DNA of 64,000 nucleotides from contig CAVZVA010000010.1 of the NCBI GenBank assembly GCA_963778655.1, positions 128,001 to 192,000 of the forward strand. The letters run 5' to 3'. The translations under genes and the position numbers were made by a program. Below, one piece after another: positions 43,059 through 53,453 of the stretch. This stretch comes from an uncultured delta proteobacterium (lineage in GTDB: Bacteria > Myxococcota_A > Polyangia > Polyangiales > JAFGIB01). Under the pieces are notes generated by a model, which saw only the letters and a program-made list of their open reading frames with translations, did not search any database and was not told the DNA's origin. Position 1 is the first letter of the stretch, and the number at the start of each line of letters is the position of its first letter.

Positions 43059-44099
43059 GTGAGGATCGCCTGCCACGCGATTGCGTTCGGTGCGCTCGCC
43101 GCGCTGCTGGGCTGCGCAGGCAAGGGCGCGGGCGCAGGCGGCTCGCCGGCCACCAGCGCGGCCGACGGCGGAAGCGGCACGGGCGGCGGAAGCGGTGCAG
43201 GCGACGGCAGCGCAGCCGTGGCCAGCGGCGGCACGGGTGCGGCGCAAGGCGTGGCGGGCACCGGGGGCGCCAGCGGCGGCGCGGGATCGGCCGCCGGCGG
43301 CATGGGCGCGAGCCCCGGTACCGGGGGCGGCGCACAGGCCGGGAGCCCGGGCGGCGCTGTGGACGGCGGCGGCGTGGCGGGCAGCGGGGGCACGGGCGGC
43401 GCCGCCGCCGGCACCGGGGGCTCGACGGCGGCCGCGCAGACCTGCGCGAACCCCTCCCACGTGCTGCCGCTCAATCCCCAGAATCCCCAGGACGGCATCA
43501 CGCTCGGCGGCTTCTACGTCGACACCGACACCTGGAACGCGGCGGGCTACCAGGTGTCACAGACCATGTACATCTGCGACTACGACGACTGGTACGTGAT
43601 CGCCAACATGGACGACAGCGCCCACGACGGCGCCGTGAAGACGTACCCGAACGTCCACCAGGATTTCAACGCCGCGCCGCTGATCAGCTCGTTCGGCACC
43701 ATCTCGAGCAGCTTCGCGCACACCGGGCCGCACGTCGGCATCTACGAATTTGCGTACGACATCTGGCTGAACGGGGTGGCCGGCAGCGGCTCCACCGAGG
43801 TGATGATCTGGACCGACAACTACAACCAGGTTCCCTCGGGCTCCGCGCTCGACAGCGTGACCTACGACGGACAGGGTTACGACGTGTACAAGCTGGGGAG
43901 CTACATCGCGTTCGTCGCGACCCAGAACCGGAGCTCGGGCACGCTCAACCTGCTGTCGTTCTTCGACTACGTGATCGCCAAGGGTTGGATTGCGTCGACC
44001 TCCACCCTCGGCGCGATCGACTACGGGGGCGAGCTGGTGTCGACCGACGGCATGGACGCGACGTTCGCGGTCACCGGCTTCTCGCTCGTAGCCAATTGA
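43059..44099 (+). CDS. Glycoside hydrolase family 12-like lipoprotein
   Basis: LLGC lipobox, Gly-rich linker, VKTYPN, AYDIWLNG, EVMIW, GGELV. Confidence 0.85.
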   Translation: MRIACHAIAFGALAALLGCAGKGAGAGGSPATSAADGGSGTGGGSGAGDGSAAVASGGTGAAQGVAGTGGASGGAGSAAGGMGASPGTGGGAQAGSPGGAVDGGGVAGSGGTGGAAAGTGGSTAAAQTCANPSHVLPLNPQNPQDGITLGGFYVDTDTWNAAGYQVSQTMYICDYDDWYVIANMDDSAHDGAVKTYPNVHQDFNAAPLISSFGTISSSFAHTGPHVGIYEFAYDIWLNGVAGSGSTEVMIWTDNYNQVPSGSALDSVTYDGQGYDVYKLGSYIAFVATQNRSSGTLNLLSFFDYVIAKGWIASTSTLGAIDYGGELVSTDGMDATFAVTGFSLVAN

Positions 44100-44266
44100 C
44101 GAGCGGGCGCGGCCGGCTGCCGGTACTGGGCTTGGCTCACCCAAGTCCTCGAATGGACGATGCTTTCAGCTAACGACCGGGCCCGGGCGGAGAATTTTCG
44201 CAGCGCCGGTCGATCCAGCCCGACCTCGTTCGTCGCCTGGTCGCAACCCCAACCCGGAGACAAGAC

Positions 44267-44650
44267 ATGAAATACCTCAGTTTCATCCGTGCCTCGGAGC
44301 AGCAGCGCGAGGCCCAGCCGCCCGCCGCCCTGATGGAGGCGATGGGCGCGCTGATCGAGAAATTCACCAAGGAAGGCGCGCTCGTCGACACCGGCGGCCT
44401 GGCCCCGAGCCGGGACGGATTCCGGATCCGGCTGGCCAACGGCAAGCTCACCACGACGGACGGCCCGTTCATCGAGAGCAAGGAAGTCATCGGCGGATGG
44501 GCGATCCTGGAGGCGAGCTCCAAGGCCGACGTCCTGCGGCTCGCGACCGAGTTCATGGAGCTGCACCGCGTGCACTGGCCCGAGTTCGAGGGCGAGAGCG
44601 AGGTCAGGCCGATCGAGTTCCTGGCGAGCGACGCGCGCGGCGCGAAGTAG
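44267..44650 (+). CDS. YciI/DGPF family protein
   Basis: DGPFIESKEVIGGW. Confidence 0.92.
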   Translation: MKYLSFIRASEQQREAQPPAALMEAMGALIEKFTKEGALVDTGGLAPSRDGFRIRLANGKLTTTDGPFIESKEVIGGWAILEASSKADVLRLATEFMELHRVHWPEFEGESEVRPIEFLASDARGAK

Positions 44651-44690
44651 CGAGCGCACCCGAGACCACCAAGGAAAAAGGAGCAAAGCC

Positions 44691-45125
44691 ATGCGAGTGA
44701 TGGTGATCATCAAGGCGACCAAGAGCTCCGAAGCCGGAGCGATGCCCGACGAACGGCTGCTGGCCGCAATGGGCAAGTTCAACGAAGAGCTGGTCAAGGC
44801 GGGCGTCATGCTTGGCGGCGAGGGGCTGCAGCCCAGCGCCAGGGGCAAGCGCGTCGTGTTCGCCGGCAGCCACAAGACCGTGCTCGACGGTCCCTTCGCC
44901 GAGACCAAGGAGCTGATTGCCGGCTTTTGGCTATGGCAGGTGAAGAGCCTGGACGAGGCGCTGGAGTGGGCGCGACGCTGCCCGGACCCGATGCCCGGCG
45001 AGGAAGCGACCCTCGAGATCCGGCCGGTCTTCGAGGCCGACGACTTCGGCGAGGAGTTCACACCGGAGCTGCGCGCCCGCGAGCAACGCCTGCGGGCGCA
45101 AATCGAAGAACGGCGAAAGTCGTGA
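44691..45125 (+). CDS. YciI/DGPF family protein
   Basis: DGPFAETKELIAGFW. Confidence 0.93.
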   Translation: MRVMVIIKATKSSEAGAMPDERLLAAMGKFNEELVKAGVMLGGEGLQPSARGKRVVFAGSHKTVLDGPFAETKELIAGFWLWQVKSLDEALEWARRCPDPMPGEEATLEIRPVFEADDFGEEFTPELRAREQRLRAQIEERRKS

Positions 45126-45141
45126 AGGCAGCGCAGCGCTC

Positions 45142-46440
45142 GTGAGCGACAAAATGGCGGCAGGCGCCACGCACGCGGCCATCGATGCGGTCTGGCGGAT
45201 CGAATCCGCCCGACTGATCGGTGGCCTCGTGCGCGTGGTCCGCGATGTGGGCCTGGCCGAGGACCTGGCGCAGGAGGCGCTCGTCACCGCGCTCGAGCGC
45301 TGGCCGCAGACGGGCATTCCGGACAACCCGGGAGCGTGGCTGATGGCGACCGCGAAGAACCGCGCCATCGATCAGCTTCGCCACCGCCAGCTGCTCGAGC
45401 GCAAGCGCTACTCCGTGCAGGACGCGGCCGCGGCCGGCCCGGCACGACCGCCCGACATCGAGACGGCGATCGACGAGAACGTCGGCGACGACCTGCTGCG
45501 ACTCGTGCTCATCGCATGTCACCCGGTGCTGTCGACCGAGGCGCGCGTCGCGCTCACCTTGCGGCTGCTCGGCGGGCTCACGACCGAGGAGATCGCGCGC
45601 GCGTTCCTGGTCCCGGAGCCCACGATCGCCCAGCGCATCGTCCGGGCGAAGCGCACGCTGGCCGTGGCCCGCGTGCCCTTCGAGGTTCCGCGCGGCGCCG
45701 AGCTCTCCGCGCGCTTGCCTTCGGTGCTCGAGGTCGTCTACCTCGTCTTCAACGAGGGCTACGCCGCCACGCGCGGCGACGACTGGATGCGCACCGAGCT
45801 GTGCGATGACGCCCTGCGGCTCGGGCGAATTCTCGCCGGGCTCGTGCCCGATGCGGCGGAGGTCCACGGCCTGCTCGCCTTGATGGAGCTGCACGCCTCG
45901 CGCGCCCGCGCGCGGCTGAGTCCCGCGGGCGAGCCGATCCTGTTGCTCGACCAGGACCGCGCGCGCTGGGATCGCCTGCTCGTCCAGCGCGGGCTCGCGG
46001 CGCTCTCGCGGGCGGAAGCGCTGGCGCAGCCGCTCGGCCCCTATGCGTTGCAGGCGGCGATCGCGGCCTGCCATGCGCGCGCGCGCACGGCCGCCGAAAC
46101 GGACTGGAAGAAGATCGTGGCCCTATACGACGCGCTCGCCGAGCTGACGGGGTCGCCGGTCGTCGAGCTCAACCGCGCGGTCGCGGTGTCGATGGCGTTC
46201 GGCCCGGCCGCCGGCCTGGAGCTGGTCGACGCGTTGCTGGAAGAGCCGGGATTGCGGTCGTACCACCTGTTGCCGAGCGTCCGCGGCGACCTGCTCGCGA
46301 AGCTGGGCCGCACCCGCGAAGCCCGCACGGAGCTCGAGCGCGCCGCGTCGCTCGCGCAGAACGCGCGGGAGCGGGCGTTGCTGCTGGCTCGCGCGCAGGC
46401 GTGCATCGAGCCGCCGAACGCCAAGCACGAGCCGTCCTGA
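45142..46440 (+). CDS. ECF RNA polymerase sigma factor with C-terminal TPR extension (ECF42-type)
   Basis: AEDLAQEA, WLMATAKNRAID, CHPVL, VFNEGY, YALQAAIAACH; adjacent to DGPF genes. Confidence 0.92.
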   Translation: MSDKMAAGATHAAIDAVWRIESARLIGGLVRVVRDVGLAEDLAQEALVTALERWPQTGIPDNPGAWLMATAKNRAIDQLRHRQLLERKRYSVQDAAAAGPARPPDIETAIDENVGDDLLRLVLIACHPVLSTEARVALTLRLLGGLTTEEIARAFLVPEPTIAQRIVRAKRTLAVARVPFEVPRGAELSARLPSVLEVVYLVFNEGYAATRGDDWMRTELCDDALRLGRILAGLVPDAAEVHGLLALMELHASRARARLSPAGEPILLLDQDRARWDRLLVQRGLAALSRAEALAQPLGPYALQAAIAACHARARTAAETDWKKIVALYDALAELTGSPVVELNRAVAVSMAFGPAAGLELVDALLEEPGLRSYHLLPSVRGDLLAKLGRTREARTELERAASLAQNARERALLLARAQACIEPPNAKHEPS

Positions 46441-46572
46441 CCGCCGGCGCGCGGCCGCGCTCCGCTACGCCCGCCAGACCACCGGAAAGCGGTCGTCGTC
46501 GGCGGGGTGCTGGCCGGGCGACACCGAGACTTCGGCGGGACGCACGGCGCTGTGGACGTTCGTGACCCACGA

Positions 46573-46721
46573 GGATTCGAACCCTCGACGTCAACCTTGG
46601 CAATCATGCGAAGGCCCGCGAAGCGACTGCTGAATTCGAACCATTTCAACAACCTACACAAGCAGACGCCCACGCTCGTTCACCCGAATTCACGGGCAAG
46701 TGGTTGATGAAGTGGTTGATC
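46573..46721. repeat. att half-site: 31 bp of tRNA-Gly (T-loop to anticodon loop) plus arm-type tandem repeat
   Basis: GGATTCGAACCCTCGACGTCAACCTTGGCAA (46573-46603); AAGTGGTTGAT x2 at 12-bp period (46698-46720). Confidence 0.8.
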
Positions 46722-46819
46722 GATTCGGGGTCTCCGCAGCGTCGCCGGTCCAGGCTTGATCAAGGGGTCTGGAGCCATCCCCGTGCCGACAGCCCGGCCA
46801 TCGTGCTATTCAATTCGGG

Positions 46820-47041
46820 ATGACGAGCTACACGGCGGTCTTCGAGCGCGAAGAAGACGGGGGCTACTCGGTTTGGGTGCCCGATCTGCCCGGCTGCGCG
46901 TCGCAGGGCGACACCTACGGCGAGGCGATGGCCAACATCCGCGAAGCGATCGAGTCCTACCTCGAAGCGCACAAGAAGCTCGGCCGTCCCATTCCAGCGC
47001 CGCGAACCGAAATCAAGGTCGTCGAGATCCCCGCGGCGTGA
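46820..47041 (+). CDS. hicB: HicB family antitoxin
   Basis: EEDGGYSVWVPDLPGCASQGDTYGEAMANIREAI. Confidence 0.92.
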   Translation: MTSYTAVFEREEDGGYSVWVPDLPGCASQGDTYGEAMANIREAIESYLEAHKKLGRPIPAPRTEIKVVEIPAA

Positions 47042-47267
47042 CTCGACCGCCGCAGGTCACTGCCGAGCGCCTCTTGCGCGCGCTCGCGCGCGCCGGTTTC
47101 ACCGAGGTGCATCGTAAGGGCAGCCACGCGACGTTGGTGCACGAAGCCGATCCGTCACGCGTCGCCGTCGTCCCTGTGCACAAAGGCAAAGACATCCGAC
47201 CCGGGACGCTGCGCAGGATCCTGAAGGGTGCGCGCCTCTCGATCGATGAGCTCCGAGAGTTGCATGA
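47038..47267 (+). CDS. hicA: HicA family toxin (expected stop is out of frame; reads through to 47499)
   Basis: GTGA overlap with hicB; GF...KGSH...VPVH.GKDI.PGTLRRIL. Confidence 0.85.
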
Positions 47268-47366
47268 CCGAGGCGCCGCTGCCGCCGACGCTCTAACCCG
47301 GCTTGCGTCGCGGCCGCTTGTTGAGCTGCGCCATGACCTCCCGAGCCGTGCTCGACGGCGCCTCGA

Positions 47367-47981
47367 TCAAGTGCTCCCGGTAGCGACCCGCGCCCACTCA
47401 GGTGAGACGTCGGCGTGCTCCGACAGCACCTCGGTACTGCCCTTGGCGGCTTGCAGAAACGCTACGCGTCCGGTGAGAACGAGATCGTCGAGCTGGTAGG
47501 CGCGCGACAGGCTCAGTCCGCCGATGAACGTGTGCCACGCCTGCACGGCCGTCCGCTGGGACATGCGCTGCTGGCTGCCGTGGTGGTGCATCGAGATCCA
47601 CAGCGGCCCGACCAGGCGCTCCCCCTTGGCCAGCCAGCCGTCGGCACGCGCCGCCATCAGGTAGCCCGCGGTCGCGTCCCGCGTCCGGTCGCTGAGCAGA
47701 AATCGCCTCTCGCGGTAGTTGTTGCCTTCGCAGGCCCGCTCGACCGCCTCCTGGACCACGTGGACGCGTCCGGCGGCGGGGCCCTTGACCACCTCCTCGG
47801 CATTGAGCCAAACGGCCGCCTTGGTGCGCAGGGCGCCGTCCCAGAGCAAGTAGACGAAGGCCCGCGTCCGCAACGCGACGAAGTCGCCGGTCGAGGCCCA
47901 ACGTTCGAGCGCCGCGCCAATCCGGCTCTGATCGCGCGGCTCGATGACGACGCTCTTTCTGACCCGCGACGGCGTACCCAT
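47367..47981 (-). CDS. Degenerate tyrosine-recombinase catalytic-domain protein
   Basis: RAFVYLLWDGALR..AVWL, PLWIS, RMSQR; HxLR replaced by DDLV; no C-terminal Tyr. Confidence 0.55.
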   Translation of the reverse strand: MGTPSRVRKSVVIEPRDQSRIGAALERWASTGDFVALRTRAFVYLLWDGALRTKAAVWLNAEEVVKGPAAGRVHVVQEAVERACEGNNYRERRFLLSDRTRDATAGYLMAARADGWLAKGERLVGPLWISMHHHGSQQRMSQRTAVQAWHTFIGGLSLSRAYQLDDLVLTGRVAFLQAAKGSTEVLSEHADVSPEWARVATGST

Positions 47982-48092
47982 CGGACGCCACTATGCCATA
48001 TCATCCTGGCGTCGCATACCGAGAGCGCAGGTGCCAAGGACCTCGGGTCGGCGTGCCGCCCTTGCATCGGGCAACGAAGGCCGAGTCCGGAA

Positions 48093-48407
48093 TCAGGCAG
48101 CTTCGATCTCGACCTTGTATTTCAGCCCAGCCGCGTCCAGCTCGCCCTGAATGGCGAGCTTGACAAGCACGGGCTCGGGGTACCCGAGAACCCGAGCCCA
48201 CTTGGCTGCGCGTTCGGGGCTCACGACCTTGCGGCCCTTCTCGACGTCGCACAGATGCGACTTCGAGACCCCAAGCTTTTTGGCACACTCATCTTGGGAG
48301 AGCTCATCGCTCTTGCGGATCGACTCTATGGCCCGACCCAGGGTGAGCGGGCCGCCGGCAATCTTCTCCAGCGTCTTGATCGCCTCGGACTTCTTGGCCT
48401 TGCGCAT
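48093..48407 (-). CDS. XRE-HTH antitoxin (HigA-like)
   Basis: LSQDECAKKLGVSKSHLCDVEKG; GGAGG RBS; directly downstream of the toxin. Confidence 0.85.
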   Translation of the reverse strand: MRKAKKSEAIKTLEKIAGGPLTLGRAIESIRKSDELSQDECAKKLGVSKSHLCDVEKGRKVVSPERAAKWARVLGYPEPVLVKLAIQGELDAAGLKYKVEIEAA

Positions 48408-48418
48408 GGGCACCTCCA

Positions 48419-48697
48419 TCAATACTCGTGCTTGTTGACTTCCTCGACCGACACGAACTTCGCCGTGTCCTCCTTGATCTCGTAGATGGCGCGGTACGCC
48501 TTGCTCGAGCGGATGGACCGCTGACCGGCCCGGTCGCCTTTCAGAGGCTCGTCGTGGTAGCCGGGCACCTTGCGTACTTCCTCCAGGCCATCGTGCTCGA
48601 CCGCCGCCACCCAGATCATCGAGTTGTCCACGATGTGGCGAGGCAGCTTCCGAAGCTGCTTGGCCGCGAGCCTCGTGATCTCGACCCGCCGGACCAT
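48419..48697 (-). CDS. RelE/HigB superfamily mRNA interferase toxin
   Basis: HDEPLKGDRAGQRSIR...YRAIY; TTGACA on the minus strand at 48729-48734. Confidence 0.85.
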   Translation of the reverse strand: MVRRVEITRLAAKQLRKLPRHIVDNSMIWVAAVEHDGLEEVRKVPGYHDEPLKGDRAGQRSIRSSKAYRAIYEIKEDTAKFVSVEEVNKHEY

Positions 48698-48884
48698 CGG
48701 TTCCAGCGGTACACCCGTGAGGTGAACCTGTCAACGTGTGCGGTTCGAGCGCACGTTCACGAGCACGCTCAAGTCGGCCGCGGGTACGATTGGAGGCAGT
48801 CGCGGATGGGCCGGACAAGGGCGCTGGGCGGGGGCCGGACGTGGACGTCCAGCGCCCGAATGGAGCGCGGTGCAGTTGCAGGCG

Positions 48885-48912
48885 AGTTGACATATTGTGT
48901 TGACTGCGAAGC
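48885..48912 (-). promoter_or_regulatory. dif/Xer-like site, copy 2
   Basis: Identical to 27150-27177. Confidence 0.5.
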
Positions 48913-49562
48913 GTGCGCCGCGAGGCGCGAGGAGGACCGATGAGCTGAAGACCTCATCACTGTCCGGGTCGGGCCGGGCATTAAGGGCGTCGTGAACCCC
49001 GCCTAGGTTGGAACGGCGGGCTGCAAAAGCCGAACGACGTCAACTTTGTGCGCTCTCCGAGCGGCTCACCGCAAGGAGGGATTCTTTCTCCCCTACTCGC
49101 CAACATCGCGCTGAGCACCATCGACGAGCGGTACGAACGCCATGCTTGGCCACGTGGGCTCGCCACCCGGCGCTCTCACGTGGGCCGACCGAGCAAAGCG
49201 CTCACCGAGCCCGACGACATTGCCCAGCGCGCGCTCGTCAATCGCGCCAACGACAGACGGCGCGGTTTTCCGATCTTGATGCCGATTCGGTACGCCGATG
49301 ACTTCATCATCTTGGTCAGCGAACCCGCCGGCGCCCCCGCTGGCGGGCAATGCTCAGATGGCGCGATGGGGCGACCCGTCCTTTCATCATGGCAAGCATT
49401 CGGGTCCGGCCCTACCGGTTCGCTTGGCAGACGACCCCCGACTTTGCGTCAACATCTGCGGAGAGCCCGGTGCGTAACGAATGGCGCACGCCGGGTTCGG
49501 TGAGGGGCACGCGCAAACCTGCTCGGGGTCGACCCGAGTAAGGCGCCGCGTGCCCACTCTAC
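48913..49562 (+). mobile_element. Internally deleted group II intron, copy 2 (domains V and VI present)
   Basis: 5' GTGCG; PQGG and YADD; domain V GAGCCCGGTGCGTAACGAATGGCGCACGCCGGGTTC (49463-49498); 3' end CTCTAC. Confidence 0.9.
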
Positions 49563-49622
49563 AGAGCCTACCTTCCCCCGGCGGCAGGATCGGAGCGACT
49601 CGTGCTGCTGTGCAGGTGAGGC

Positions 49623-51273
49623 ATGAGACTGGTCGTTGCGACGCTGTTGTTGGCATGGGTGGTCGGCTGCAAGCTCGATAGCGCCCCGCTAATCAGCAAG
49701 TCCAAGACGCATCCCGCCAGCAAGAGCGGCGCTGCAGCCCAATCCGCGATGGACGCAGGTGCCGATTCGGCTCCGGCTCCGAGCACGGACAAGGACGCGG
49801 CGAGCGCGCCGAGCGGCCTCAAGGACGCATCGAGCGCGGGCTCGCTCGATGGGGCCGCCGCCGACGGCGGACAGTTCGGCACCAATCCGGTTCCGCACGA
49901 TCCGCCGCCGCCGCCAAAGAACGGCGGGCTGCAGTGCGGCGGCGTTGCGTGCCCGTACGCGGCCGTCCCGATTCAGCAGTGCTGCACCGGCCAAGACGAC
50001 GTGGACCAGGGCGCCGCCAGGGCCAAAGACCGCTGCGGCCTGGACTTCAGCGCGACCGGCTCGGACTTCTTCGGCACCATGTGCTGGCAGCGCGATCAGC
50101 TGGGCGTCGTCGACAGCGCTTGCCCGGGGGTGCAGGTCGACATCCATTCCCATGAGCTGGGTTGCTGCAGTGACGAGGGCCGCTGCGGCGGCGTCAACTC
50201 CGATTATGCGCTCGGCTGTCACTACGATCCCGATGCGCCGGTACAGCCCTGCGGCGCCGTGGGCGACGAGGCCGACGCGGGCACGAGCTGCGACCCGCTC
50301 GGCGTCTTTGGCATCCGCATGCGCGTGGACATGGACTGGGTCTGCGCGTGGGCGCTCGGGCGGGCTCGTAGGCCTCACCGACGACGGCCGGGGCACGCTC
50401 GTGGTGGACATGCTCCTGAACGTCGACGGCTTCGATCCGGATACACGCGCGCTGCACGGCACGATGCAGCCCTGCAACGTCGAGCTGCCCACCTTCTACA
50501 GCACCACGCTGTGCGAGGCGTACCGGCCGGTCTTCCCGACCTCGCTGTGGGACAGCAGCGCGATGCCCCACTTCGCCTTCAGCGGCCACATGCAGTGCCT
50601 GCAGCCCGGCTGCATCGATAGCATCGACGCGCAGACCGTGCTGATCGGCATCGAGCTGTCCAACCCCGAAGCAACCTGGCCCACAGCCAACCAGACCGCC
50701 CAGCTCAGCTGCCCCAGCGGTAGCGGCACGCAGTGCTTTCCCGACCACGACGGCGACGGGCTGCCCGGGGTGACGGTGCACGTCGCGACCTCGGGCGTGT
50801 CCACGGGCGGGACCGGCTGCTCGGGCAAGTATCAGAACCAGGGCGCGCCGCTAAGCGCGAGCCCGGCGGCTATCATCGACGGCGTACGCCGCACCGATCG
50901 GATCGCGATCGGCGTGCGGAGGAAAGTCGGCGGCTCGATCACGCTCGGCGACGACTGCAACCAAGGCCACGGCTCGAGAATCGCGGAGTTCGTCAACTCC
51001 CGGGCCGCCGCCTGTCTGGTCGAGCCAGGGACCTTCAACTTCCCGTTCGGGCTGGCCGCAGGCCAAAACGACGCGTGCCAGCCATCCGAGGCGTCCTTCA
51101 TGGACGCCAACCTCCCGCTCTACAACATCCTGGCCGTGGGCCAGACGCCGGATGCCAAGCTCAATCTCGCCGACACCTCGACCAGCGCAGGCCCGCAGGT
51201 CAGCCTGGTGCGCCTGGGCCCGCCCGGCGCGCAGGTGAGCTGCGCCGACGTACGCGACGCGAGCTATCCATAG
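49623..51273 (+). pseudogene. Large Cys-rich lipoprotein, frameshifted near 50345
   Basis: VVGC lipobox; coding-like sequence switches from ORF 49623 to ORF 49759 at DW...GRSGGLVGLTDDGRG; could be a sequencing error. Confidence 0.7.
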
Positions 51274-51415
51274 CGGGGCTGCGCCTCGGATTCAGACCCA
51301 CAGCCGTCTCCCGCCCCGCCAACAGAGCCGGGTGACTTGCACCGGCCCACTTCACAGCGCCCGCGTCGAGCGGTATGAGCGATGCTTCACGCTGTCAAGG
51401 AGGAGGATCGAGCTC

Positions 51416-51895
51416 ATGAACAGGATCGGTATCTTCGGCGTCACCGCCGCGTTGATGCTCGCGGCGGGATCCCCGGCGCTGGCACGGACTACGGTGTATC
51501 CAGCGTCGATCTGCAAACCGGGCAACCCCACCACGGCGGTCACGATTCCGTACAGCAGCGGAGGGCTGCGCTTCGCGACCAACGGCGTGCTGATCTGCCC
51601 GATCCCCAAGACCGGGACGACCCCAGGGCACGTACAAAACGTCTGGATTCGCGTGCGCCGAGGCGGCTACTTCGGGCCGATCATGCTGACGCTGTGGAGC
51701 TTCGACTCGATGGGCAACCTCGTCGACTCCAGTCAGTCCCGCATCAACCAGGACGACCGCAACACGATCAGGAGCTACCGGCTGCCGATTGGCTCGGCGG
51801 GCGTGCGCGGCGCGACGGTTGGCTACTACCTGGTGAACGTGGCCATGAACCAGGGCGACGAGCTGGTCTCGATCCGCGTGGACGACAGCGAGTAG
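51416..51895 (+). CDS. Secreted hypothetical protein
   Basis: AGGAGG RBS; signal peptide ending ALA; paired Cys. Confidence 0.75.
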   Translation: MNRIGIFGVTAALMLAAGSPALARTTVYPASICKPGNPTTAVTIPYSSGGLRFATNGVLICPIPKTGTTPGHVQNVWIRVRRGGYFGPIMLTLWSFDSMGNLVDSSQSRINQDDRNTIRSYRLPIGSAGVRGATVGYYLVNVAMNQGDELVSIRVDDSE

Positions 51896-52169
51896 CGAAG
51901 CTGCGCCTCGGAGCCACGAGGCACATTGCTTGAAATCGCCGCAAGACGGGGCCTCGCTGGCTTGTCACCGGAGGGCCACGCGCCCCACCAGCAAAGCTGG
52001 CGGGGCCCCCTGCTCGTGCACGGCAAGGGCGACCCGGACGGGCAGCACCGAGCGCCGCGCCGTCTGGGCCGGGGCCAAGCGCTCAGGCCGGCGCGAGCGA
52101 CGCGGCGGGCGGCGCAGGCGGCGGGCCGTTCGCGCCCTCGAGCGCAGGCACGAGCCCGCAGCACGGCGG

Positions 52170-52945
52170 GGCGGACGGTCATGCAGGGCGGCCTCGACTG
52201 GCAGCTCACGCGGCCCAACGGGGTGCTCGAGATTGAAGCGGCGGCGATCCTGACCACGGACGACGGCGCAGTGATCCAGCTGACGCCGGACGGCAGTCTC
52301 GACCTGTAGCTCGACGCCCGCTACACGCTACGCACCGACGACGGCGAGCTGATCGTGGTCCGCAACTGCGGAATCTTCTCTGGCACCAGGCTCTACTCCG
52401 AGACGCGCAGCGACGGTCCGTACGCGTGGCTCGACGGCGCTCGCTTCACGAGCTCGGTGGGCCTCGCGCCCGGCGGCATCGCGATCAGCATCTACGACGC
52501 GCAATAGCTGCGGTGCGAGCACACGCGCGAAGTCGGGATTTCGTAACACTTGAGTAGGGTTCTTCTCGCCCTCCCGACAGGTTCGCGGACGCCGATCGAA
52601 GTACTGCGTCGCCGGTGGCTCGTTCGACGGCAACGGCTACATGAGCCTGCACACGCCGACGCTGATGGTGGACGGCGAGAACGACACCCTGGCCTTGTCC
52701 AACACGCAGCGGGATTACGAAGCGGCCACCGTGCCGGTCTTCCTGATCGTGATCCAGGGCTCCGACCACATCTACGCGGCGCGCAATGGCCTCGGCGTGA
52801 TCGTGGCCTGGCTGCGAGGTCATCGTCCCGTTGGTGAGCTTCACGGTTGGGTAGACGTAGAAGCAGTCGAAAGCGGAATCTTTCGCGGTGACGCGCGGCT
52901 CGATCTTGCGCGAGCCATCCGGCAGCAGCTCGGTGGCGTCCAATA
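52170..52945. pseudogene. Mosaic of DUF3237, lipase-like and DUF3089 fragments
   Basis: GGLDWQ.../LDARYTLRTDDG with in-frame stop (+); PTLMVDGENDT...GSDH (+); DCFYVYPTV (-). Confidence 0.6.
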
Positions 52946-53453
52946 GGTGAACTCCGAGCGCCCGCGGACGTTGGGTGCACGCGACCGCGGGCGCCCGGAG
53001 CTATTGGACCCAGTGGGAGTAGAGGACCACCGGAACCGCCGGACGTACTACTGGGTTGGGAGATGCGTGCTCACAAGTGGGTCGTTTTGTTAAGGGACAT
53101 GAGACACGCAACTGCACGGGCTCACGCTAGGCGGTCGATGTCGCACGAATCCTTTCGAGTTTGCGACAAGAGCGCTACGCCAACGGCCTGGCGCCCGTCG
53201 CGAGCGCGCCCTGCCCGCGACACGCAGCCATCGGGGCCGGCCATATCGCCAGGGTCGCGGCCGGCTCGGTCGCACAGCGGACGGGCCCGGTCCACCCGCG
53301 CGGGCTCGCGTCGGCGGCAGCGTGCGCGGCCCACAGCCCTCAGCCGACCGCGGGCCCCGCACGCCGGGCGCGGAGTGAACACCGCCAGGGCGATGCGCGC
53401 GATGCCGGTCAACGAGGCGCGGGCCCGTGTGGAGTCTGCTGCCCGAGCAGCAG

